DNA from: Macrostomum lignano
Taxonomy: Eukaryota
Direction: 5' to 3'
NCBI GenBank assembly: GCA_002269645.1
Contig: NIVC01001443.1
Span: forward strand, 1-64,000
DNA length: 64,000 nucleotides
Both the position numbers and the translations under genes were made by a program. Positions 14,163 through 24,500 of the stretch are shown piece after piece (position 1 is the stretch's first letter; each line of letters starts with the position of its first letter). The notes under the pieces are model-generated. The model saw nothing but the letters and a program-made list of their open reading frames with translations. It did not search any database and was not told the origin of the DNA.

Positions 14163-16560
14163 TAGTGGTATCTGTCTCATTGCCTGGTCTCTGATCTTGT
14201 CCGGTATCTGTCTGGTCTTGTCCGGTATCTGTCTAGCCTTGTCTCTGGTATCTGTCTGGTCTTGTCTCTGGTATCTGTCTCATTGTCTGGTCTCTGATCT
14301 TGTCTGGTATCTGTCTGATCTTGTCCGGTATCTGTCTGGTCTTGTCTCTGGTATCTGTCTCATTGTCTGGTCTCTGATCTTGTCCGGTATCTGTCTGGTC
14401 TTGTCTCTGGTATCTGTCTCATTGTCTGGTCTCTGATCTTGTCCGGTATCTGTCTGGTCTTGTCTCTGGTATCTGTCTCATTGTCTGGTCTGATCTTGTG
14501 TATCTTGTCCGGTATCTGTCTGGTCTTGTCTCTGGTATCTGTCTGGTCTTGTCTCTGGTATCTGTCTCATTGTCTGGTCTCTGATCTCTGGTATCTGTCT
14601 GGTCTTGTCCGGTATCTGTCTAGCCTTGTCTCTGGTATCTGTCTGTCTCTCTGTGACTGGTCTTTCTCTGGTTCTTTGTCTGCCAGAGTTTGCCGAGTTC
14701 TGTTCTACAGTGCTCTGGCTCGGCCTCTTAAAGTTGCAAGTGCTGCTAGCTGCTCTTAGCTACTAGTGGTATCTGTCTCATTGCCTGGTCTCTGATCTTG
14801 TCCGGTATCTGTCTGGTCTTGTCCGGTATCTGTCTAGCCTTGTCTCTGGTATCTGTCTGGTCTTGTCTCTGGTATCTGTCTCATTGTCTGGTCTCTGATC
14901 TTGTCTGGTATCTGTCTGATCTTGTCCGGTATCTGTCTGGTCTTGTCTCTGGTATCTGTCTCATTGTCTGGTCTCTGATCTTGTCCGGTATCTGTCTGGT
15001 CTTGTCTCTGGTATCTGTCTCATTGTCTGGTCTCTGATCTTGTCCGGTATCTGTCTGGTCTTGTCTCTGGTATCTGTCTCATTGTCTGGTCTCTGATCTT
15101 GTCCGGTATCTGTCTGGTCTTGTCCGGTATCTGTCTGGTCTTGTCTCTGGTATCTGTCTGGTCTTGTCTCTGGTATCTGTCTCATTGTCTGGTCTCTGAT
15201 CTTGTCTGGTATCTGTCTGGTCTTGTCCGGTATCTGTCTAGCCTTGTCTCTGGTATCTGTCTGGTCTTGTCCGGTATCTGTCTGGTCTTGTCTCTGGTAT
15301 CTGTCTGGTCTTGTCTCTGGTATCTGTCTCATTGTCTGGTCTCTGATCTTGTCCGGTATCTGTCTGGTCTTGTCTCTGGTATCTGTCTCATTGTCTGGTC
15401 TCTGATCTTGTCCGGTATCTGTCTGGTCTTGTCCGGTATCTGTCTGGTCTTGTCTCTGGTATCTGTCTGGTCTTGTCTCTGGTATCTGTCTCATTGTCTG
15501 GTCTCTGATCTTGTCTGGTATCTGTCTGGTCTTGTCCGGTATCTGTCTAGCCTTGTCTCTGGTATCTGTCTGGTCTTGTCCGGTATCTGTCTGGTCTTGT
15601 CTCTGGTATCTGTCTGGTCTTGTCTCTGGTATCTGTCTCATTGTCTGGTCTCTGATCTTGTCCGGTATCTGTCTGGTCTTGTCTCTGGTATCTGTCTCAT
15701 TGTCTGGTCTCTGATCTTGTCCGGTATCTGTCTGGTCTTGTCCGGTATCTGTCTGGTCTTGTCTCTGGTATCTGTCTGGTCTTGTCTCTGGTATCTGTCT
15801 CATTGTCTGGTCTCTGATCTTGTCCGGTATCTGTCTGGTCTTGTTTCTGGTATCTGTCTGGTCTTGTCTCCGGTATCTGTCTGGTCTTGTCCGGAATCTG
15901 TCTGGTCTTGTCTCTGGTATCTGTCTGGTCTTGTCTCTGGTATCTGTCTGGTCTTGTCTCTGGCATCAGTCAGGTCTGATCTGGTCTCAGTCAGGTCAGA
16001 TCTGGTCTCAGTCAGGTCAGATCTGGTCTCAGTCAGGTCAGATCTGGTCTCAGTCAGGTCAGATCTGGTCTCAATCAGGTCAAAAAATAAAAGTCTGGTC
16101 TCTGATCTTGTCTGGTATCTGTCTGGTCTTGTCCGGTATCTGTCTAGCCTTGTCTCTGGTATCTGTATGGTCTTGTCCGGTATCTGTCTGGTCTTGTCCG
16201 GTATCTGTCTGGTCTTGTCTCTGGTATCTGTCTGGTCTTGTCTCTGGTATCTGTCTCATTGTCTGGTCTCTGATCTTGTCCGGTATCTGTCTGGTCTTGT
16301 TTCTGGTATCTGTCTGGTCTTGTCTCCGGTATCTGTCTGGTCTTGTCCGGAATCTGTCTGGTCTTGTCTCTGGTATCTGTCTGGTCTTGTCTCTGGTATC
16401 TGTCTGGTCTTGTCTCTGGCATCAGTCAGGTCTGATCTGGTCTCAGTCAGGTCAGATCTGGTCTCAGTCAGGTCAGATCTGGTCTCAGTCAGGTCAGATC
16501 TGGTCTCAGTCAGGTCAGATCTGGTCTCAGTCAGGTCAGATCTGGTCTCAATCAGGTCAA
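14163..16560. repeat. Complex ~23-bp satellite with higher-order duplications
   Basis: TCTGGTATCTGTCTGGTCTTG variants, a 601-bp duplication including unique DNA, and a duplicated (TCAGTCAGGTCAGATCTGGTC)n block at ~15960 and ~16420. Confidence 0.93.
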
Positions 16561-16870
16561 AAAATAAAAGCAAGTAAAACGGTGCAAGAGGCTTACAAAG
16601 GATTTTGACTAAATTAAATTAATTCTATTAATAGCAACTAATTGACACTAATAATAACTCTCCAGTGCAATCTGGGCTCGGTGTACTTAAAGGGATTTAT
16701 AATAATTAAAAAAAGATTGCTCCAGTTCATTCCAGTTCAGCAAAAAAGCACATTAAAAAATACAACATGAAAGCGTTGTTGGCTCTAAGATCTTTCGTTT
16801 TGTAGGGGTTGTATGTTGCGGTATGAGATTAGAATAAAAGACAATTTCTAGACAATTTTAGTCACTAAGC

Positions 16871-17715
16871 CAAGGGGTCGGCAACTCCGGCCCTCGGGGT
16901 CCTTTCACGATATACCAATCCGGCCCGCTCAAGGCTTGTATCTCTTCTCCCTTCTCTCTAATATGCTCTCCTCTCCCTTCTCTCCTCTCCTCTCCTCTCC
17001 TTCCCTCTCTCCTCTCCTCTCCTCTCTCTCCTTCCCTCTCTCCTCTCCCTTCTCCCCTCTCCTCTCTCTTCTCTCCTCTCTCTTCTTCCCTCTCTCCTCT
17101 CCTCTCCTCTCTCTTCTTCCCTCTCTCCTCTCCTCTCTCTTCTTCCCTCTCTCCTCTCCTCTCTCTTCTTCCCTCTCTCCTCTCCTCTCTCTTCTTCCCT
17201 CTCTCCTCTCCTCTCTCTTCTTCCCTCTCTCCTCTCCTCTCTCTTCTTCCCTCTCTCCTCTCCTCTCTCTTCTTCCCTCTCTCCTCTCTTCTCTCTTCTT
17301 CCCTCTCTCCTCTCCTCTCTTCTTCCCTCTCTCCTCTCTTCTCTCTTCTTCCCTCTCTCCTCTCCTCTCTCTTCTTCCCTCTCTCCTCTCCTCTCTCTTC
17401 TTCCCTCTCTCCTCTCCTCTCTCTTCTTCCCTCTCTCCTCTCCTCTCTCTTCCTTCTCTCCTCTCCTCTCTCCTCCTCCTTCTCTCCTCTCCTCTCTCTT
17501 CTCTTCCCTTCTTTCTCTTCTCTCCTCTCTTTCTCTTCTCTCCTCACTTTTGTCTTCTCTCCTCTCTCTTACCTTCTCACCCCCTTCCTCTCCTCTCTCT
17601 CCTCTCCTCTCCCTTCTCTCCTCTCTTTCTTCTCTTCTCTCTTCTCTCCTGGGCCACAGTCATGCGCTGGATTCTTTATCTGACCCTTTGGGTAAAAAAA
17701 GTTTGCCGGCGCCTG
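16871..17715 (-). mobile_element. Non-autonomous hAT-like DNA element (MITE) with internal CT/AG low-complexity tract
   Basis: 8-bp TSD CACTAAGC at 16863-16870 and 17716-17723. Imperfect TIRs CAAGGGGTCGGCAAC / CAGGCGCCGGCAAAC resemble hAT-Charlie (MER58-type) ends. Confidence 0.8.
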
Positions 17716-17892
17716 CACTAAGCTAATGCTCTCACCACATCGAAAAGCCATGGCAAGAGCAGCTGAAGCTTGTAGAGAAAAGGGCTACACACAGATAAAA
17801 TAAAACATAAATATACGCTGCTAATTACTCTACTGCCAGTAGTCAGTAGACAATTTACTCTTATTACAGGTTTTGCGTTCAATCGCGGGAAT

Positions 17893-20321
17893 TTATCTGG
17901 CCCGGTTCTCCAGGAAGCAGCGCAGCAGCAGGTCGGCCGCGTTGCCGGGAGACTTCAGGCCTTGGCGCAACTCGTCAAGCAGCGCCGGCAGGGTGGCTGC
18001 GACAGCCGGACTCTCCCTAAACAGGTCCATCAGGTGCTCGCGCACGTGAAGCCACATCCACTTCTCCAGCTGGGCCACCCGGTGCTGCACCAGCTCGCCA
18101 GAGTCGGTCACCCGCTCCAAAAACTCCATCACAGTCTGCCAAACCTCCGGCACGCCCTCGCCAGTCAGGGCGGAGCAGCGGAGGACGCGGGGCCGCCAGC
18201 CAGACAGCGGGTGCTTCATGCGCTGGTAGGTGCGCAGGGCCCTGCTGAGCTCCGTGGCCGCGTGGTTGGCCGCGGGGATGAGGTTGCCGTCGCACTTGGT
18301 CACCACCACCAGGTCCGCCACCTCCATGACGCCGCGCTTCACTCCTTGCAGCTCGTCGCCACCGCCAGGCGATTGCAGCAGCAGGAACATGTCTACCATG
18401 TCATTAACCTGGCGAGTGGGCGCGGGCGGCGCACTTTGTAAGGATTGGCGACTCATCTGTCCGTCTCCTCTACCCCTCCATCCGTGTCCCCTGCCCCTCT
18501 ATCCGTCTCCCCTACCCCTCCATCCGTGTCCCCTGCCCCTCTATCCGTCTCCCCTACCCCTCCATCCGTGTCCCCTGCCCCTCTATCCGTCTCCCCTACC
18601 CCTCCATCCATCTCCTCTACCCCTCCATCCGTGTCCCCTACCCCTTTATCCGTCTCCCCTACCCCTCTATCCGTCTCCCCTACCCCTTTATCCATCTCCC
18701 CTACCCCTCTATCCATCTCCCCTACCCCTCTATCCGTCTCCCCTACCCCTTTATCCGTCTCCCCTACCCCTCTATCCGTCTCCCCTACCCCTTTATCCGT
18801 CTCCCCTACCCCTCTATCCATCTCCCCTACCCCTCTATCCGTCTCCCCTACCCCTCCATCCGTCTCCCCTACCCCTCCATCCGTCTCCCCTACCCCTCCA
18901 TCCGTCTCCCCTACCCCTCTATCCGTCTCCCCTACCCCTATAGACGTCTTCCCTACCCCTGTATCCGTCTCCTATACCCATCCGTCTGTTCCCCACCTGT
19001 TCATCACCTGTACACCCATTCTCAGCTCTCAGCCTCGTGAGCCTCACCTGGTACTCAGCCTGGCCCACGCCCATAGTCTCAATCAGCAGGCAGTCAAATC
19101 CCGCCGCCTCGCACAGCACAGCCGCATTCTGGGTGTAGCGGGCCACGCCGCCGAGACTGCCGCCGCTGGGAGTTGAGCGAACAAACGCGCTGGGGTGCAC
19201 GCACAGCTCCGGCATGCGGGTAGCGTCGCCTAGCAACGAGCCGCCTGTGGCGCCTGAACTCGGGTCCACCTGAAATTTAGGGCAAACAATATTTTGAAAG
19301 CACTGGTTTAAAAAAGAGATTGGAGCAATTTGAGTCAGAAAAGTAGAGAGAAGAATAGACAGAGAGATGGGTAGACAGTAAGGGAGACTGGGTAGACAGT
19401 AAGGGAGACTGGGTAGACAGTAAGGGAGACTGGGTAGACAGTAAGGGAGACTGGGTAGACAGTAAGGGAGACTGGGTAGACAGTAAGGGAGACTGGGTAG
19501 ACAGTAAGGGAGACTGGGTAGACAGTAAGGGAGACTGGGTAGACAGTAAGGGAGACTGGGTAGACAGTAAGGGAGACTGGGTAGACAGTAAGGGAGACTG
19601 GGTAGACAGTAAGGGAGACTGGGTAGACAGTAAGGGAGACTGGGTAGACAGTAAGGGAGACTGGGTAGACAGTAAGGGAGACTGGGTAGACAGTAAGGGA
19701 GACTGAGTAGACAGTAAGGGAGACTGGGTAGACAGTAAGGGAGACTGGGTAGACAGTAAGGGAGACTGAGTAGACAGTAAGGGAGACTGGGTAGACAGTA
19801 AGGGAGACTGGGTAGACAGTAGGGTGACTGGGTAGATAGTAAGGGATATTGGGTAGACAGTAGGGAGACTGGGTAGACAGTAAGGGTAGACTCACCGTGA
19901 GCACGGCGATTCGCTTGCCTTGCCGCTTTACGAGGTCCTGGCCAATGCACTCGATAAAGGTGGACTTGCCCGCGCCCGGGGTCCCGGTGATGCCAACACG
20001 GAAGCAGCGCTTGTGCTGCCGCTGGGCCAGGTGTTTCAGCAGCCGGTTCACCAGCGCCTGGCCCCGCGCCTGCTTCTCCGGATGGCGCGACTCCACCAGA
20101 GTGATGGCCTGCGCCAGGCCGGTTCGCTGCTGGTTCAGCACCGCCTGGTACAGCCGGGCCACCGTGGGATCGTCCTGTGGCACCGACACGTCGAGGTAGG
20201 TGGTGGTGGCGCCCGCCAGGCCGCGGCAGCGGAGGCCGCTTGCTGGGGCCGGCGCGACCGCCAGCTGGCAGAGACGGTGAAGCGAACGACGCAACTGCGG
20301 GGGCGTCCGGGCATGAAGCAT
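17893..20321 (-). CDS. MMAA: Methylmalonic aciduria type A protein homolog (MeaB/ArgK-family GTPase chaperone of methylmalonyl-CoA mutase), 3 exons, ~387 aa
   Basis: Exons 20321-19896, 19269-19048 and 18408-17893 join in frame at phase-0 GT-AG introns. Motifs: [11 protein letters not shown]-loop [33 protein letters not shown], switch-III-like [25 protein letters not shown]. Arg-rich N-terminus resembles a mitochondrial presequence. Confidence 0.95.
18458..18990. repeat. 21-bp minisatellite in MMAA intron 2
   Basis: (TCCGTCTCCCCTACCCCTCTA)n, G-rich on the transcribed strand. Confidence 0.95.
19368..19890. repeat. 21-bp minisatellite in MMAA intron 1
   Basis: (GGGTAGACAGTAAGGGAGACT)n, about 24 copies, beginning at the donor site. 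Confidence 0.97.
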
Positions 20322-20419
20322 TCGAACTCTGGCAGTGCCTGCCTGCCTCCTTATCCACCTGTCTATCAAATGTCATTGTCGCGCCTACCTGTCTATCTGT
20401 CCACATGTCTCTCTATATC

Positions 20420-20810
20420 TACCAGTGTATCCTATCTACCAATGTATCCTATCTACCAGTGTATCCTATCTACCAGTCTATACCAATCTATCCTATGTAT
20501 CAGTCTATCCTATCCACCAGTCTATACCATCTAGGGTAGACAGTAAGGAAGACTGGTCTACCAGCCTATCTACCAGTCCATTCTATCTACCAGTCCATTC
20601 TATCTACCAGTCTATCCTATCTACCAGTCTATCCTATCTACCAGTCTATCCTATCTACCAGTCTATCCTATCTACCAGTCTATCCTATCCACCAGTCTAT
20701 CCTATCCACCAGTCTATACTATCTAGGGTAGACAGTAAGGAAGACTGGTCTACCAGCCTATCTACCAGTCCATTCTATCTACCAGTCTATCCTATCTACC
20801 AGTCCAGCTA
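20420..20810. repeat. ~20-bp minisatellite upstream of MMAA
   Basis: (TCTACCAGTCTATCCTA)n-type array containing two copies of the MMAA intron-1 unit. Confidence 0.9.
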
Positions 20811-21534
20811 CCTGTCTGCTTGTCAACAGTATCCATAATATCCATAATAACCCTGCATGCATTTAAAAAAGCACAGAACAAAATCAAGCATAAGATTCAG
20901 ACAAAAGACACAAAATATGAATATGACTTTATATAATATTAGAAAGATTAGCTAGCCGACAACAGGCAGAAGGAAGATAATTAGTTTTTTTTCAATTTCT
21001 GTAAACGCGTTTACAAAGTCCAGCGCGAAAGGCGAATCTCAGAGACAACAGTCAAGACAGACACAGATTGACAGACACTGACAGAAAGCAAGTGCCTGCT
21101 GGCATGAAGATAGACACTAATTGGCATCAGGCGGCAGGTGAGGAATCAAACTAGTTTTGTGATCAATACTATCATCAATCAAGAGACAGAAAAATATTTC
21201 CAGATTCGGATAGAGCGAAATTCAACAGAAAACAATCAATAAGATAATCAATTATAGGAAACACCAGGCTAAAATACCGCAACCGCGTGTCACTACTAAT
21301 ACGCAGACCTTATCAGTAGTATAGAATGCTGGGACAGACTAACTTTAACAAATCGTTGACCACAATACGGTAGGCAAATGGATTGAATCGATGGCTCATT
21401 GCGCTCACAATTCGAGTTGAAGAAATGCAAAAAGCAGAGCGGAACAGAGAGAGGGGGAGAGACAAGAAAATCGATCACTGTTGAAATCCATGCATCTCTT
21501 GGGTCAACTGAAATGGCTTGCTGACGCTGAGGTT

Positions 21535-24500
21535 TTATTCATTTAGAAACCGCTCCAGCTCCTCTTCCTCTTTGGACAGAACTGCTTTCGGCTGCTGCTG
21601 CTGCTGTTGCTGCTCAGAAGCAATTGCTCGCTTGCCCGACTTTGTCTTGACCGACTTTTCTGGTTTGACTTTCGATTTTGACTTTGACTTCGGCCTGACC
21701 GGAGGCTCGGGCTGTTCCGGCTCCACCGGCTGCTGCTGCTGTTGCTGCTTTGTCTTCTTCTTTCGCTTCTTCTTGGTCTGCTGCTTTTGCTCCTCAGCTG
21801 ACGGCTCGGGCAGAACCTGAGACTCTGCCGGCTCGTCTTCGTACCTGGTAGTGTGAGCCAATGTTGAACTTATCAAGACAAGAGAGTCTTCTGTCAATAG
21901 ACGATCAGCACACAGACCGTAATAGGCCTTGGGGAGCGATGACCTACAAAGTGACCCTTCTGGAGAGAGATGATGCACACTGTGACCATTCTGGGACAGC
22001 AATGACCCACACTATGACCATTCTGAGAACAGCGATGACCCTTACAGTGACCATTTTGGGGACAGCAATGACCCATGCAATGACCATTCTGAGGACAGCG
22101 ATGACCCACACTATGACCATTCTGAGAACAGCGATGACCCTTACAGTGACCATTCTGGGACAGCAATGACCCACACTATGACCATTCTGAGAACAGCGAT
22201 GACCCTTACAGTGACCATTTTGGGGACAGCAATGACCCATGCAATGACTATTCTGAGGACAGCGATGACCCACACTATGACCATTCTGAGAACAGCGATG
22301 ACCCTTACAGTGACCATACTGGGGACAGCAATGACCCATACAATGACCATTCTGAGGACAGCGATGACCCACACTTTGACCATTCTGAGAACAGCGATGA
22401 CCCTTACAGTGACCATACTGGGGACAGAAATAACCCACACAATGACCATTCTGAGAACGGCGATGACCAACGACCCATACAATGACCCTTTTTGTGACAG
22501 CAATGACACAAAATTATCATTTTTAAACTCAAAATGAACCTTTTTAGGGAGAGGTGATGACTCATAGTCCCCCTAGTGGGTGGGCAGAGATGACCCAAAG
22601 CGATCATACAATATGACCCTCCTGAGGACAACAATGTCCCACACAAAGTTAACTAACTAGAGCACAAACAGAAGGCGATGATGACACAAAAATGGCTCAA
22701 TATTGACCACAACACGCAAAAGCTTTCTGTCAGCAATTGTTCCTATCTAAATATATCGTTTCCAAACTTACTTGGCCAAGAGAGGTCCCCAGTCAATCAC
22801 CGGAGCAGGGGCAGGCGGCACTGCGACCGTCTCTACCTGCTCAGCATCCTCAGCTTCATCACCATCGCCATCAACAGCATCGGCATCAGCAGCAAAAGCA
22901 GCCACTGCAGAATCATCCAGTTCAGCAACATCGTCAAAGCGGGTCGACACGACAGCTCCGGGTAAAGCGTCATCGCTGTCGACATCGTCGGCGACATCGA
23001 CATCCGCATTCGCGACGCCGTCGATCGCATCGACGCCGACCTCGGCAGCGTCAGCAGCAGTCGGGCTGCGCTGACTGGAGGACTGGCTGCTCCTTTCATC
23101 ATCCGCTCCAGCCGGCTCGGGTCGGCTCGGCGACAGCGGCGGCGGCGTCGGCGAAGACGGCAGCTTTGGCTGATGATGAGGCGGAGGCTGAGGCTGCTGA
23201 GATTGCGGCGAAGGCGGCTGCGGAGGCTGGGGTAGCTGAGCGCGACGCAGCTCCATCAGGTACTGCTCGGCGCCGGGAATCAGACGGGCGGGCGGCGCGG
23301 ATAATCGACCGACAACAGCGGGAGGTGACTGTGACGGCAGCGGACTGAGCGGAGACGGGGTCTTAGGCGCGGCGTCGGTGACCGAAGTCTGTTGTTGGCT
23401 GGGTCAAGTTGGAGATAGAGTAGAGTAGAGGATATTTAATTTAATATTGCCCTCCTGCACTTTATAGCATCGCTAATTTTATTGGAAGCCGTCTGATTTC
23501 GCTCAATGATTTATGAAGCAGATCGATACCGACTACTGTACACGCGAAAACACGCCTACACTCAACTATATAATAGAAATGCAGCACCTTCTTCTCTCAG
23601 GTCAGGATGGCCGAGCGGTCTAAGGCGCTGCGTTCAGGTCGCAGTCCTCTTCTGAGGGCGTGGGTTCGAATCCCACTTCTGACAAAAACTTTTTGCGATT
23701 TTATTTTTTTAATCAAAAATGAAAAAATTCTACAAACTAAGTATTTTAGATTTTGTTTTGATTTTCTCTTTAAAAATGTTGAACAACAGCTCATTAAAAA
23801 CTCATTATAAATTTAACAATAGAAAACTCATACCTAGCAAAATTTTGTAGGCGTGAAAAGTGTTTTCGATACATATCGGCCAAGGTTTTACAAGCCGCAA
23901 ATGCATGCCGTATGCCTTTTGAAATATTAAATATATAAAGTAGATGCTTCAGAAATTTTCAAACAACAATTTTAAATTAAACATGAATTAAAAAATGCAT
24001 TTGCATTTATATTGCAACTTTATATTGAAATTTTAAAACAAATACTCGGTACCCATAGGCCATAGCCCAGCTAGATACAAAAAAATCAATTCTTAATAAA
24101 ATTGGATGTTACTTACCTGGAATCGGAAATTCTCGATGCGTCTTCTTTCTTTTTTGAACGTGTGTGATCCATCCTGCAATTAAACAAAACAAATAGAACG
24201 GTTATTAACAGCGTGTTTTTCTTGTTATATCAGATAGCGATTATAATGTCCGTTACGTGCTACTAACAATAAATTAAACAAATACAGTTGTAAGCCTGTC
24301 GTTTTGGTTTAGCTTTCTAATAGCAAAATACACTTATTTAAACTAACCAAAACCCACCCCTGTTAAATCAATTCGCCTTCCAAACCTCCTCAGACTCCAT
24401 TCTAGACACTCCAATCCGCCCAGACTCCATCCTAGACATTCCAATCCCCAGACTCCATCCTAGACACTTCAATCCCCCAGACTCCATCCTAGACACTCCA

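Noticed and set aside
10517-16608. Long repetitive ORFs (GHHCQG, LVLSGIC etc.) and a CRISPR-like appearance
   Set aside because: Tandem repeats without unique spacers, no cas genes and a eukaryotic context. ORFs overlap in several frames.
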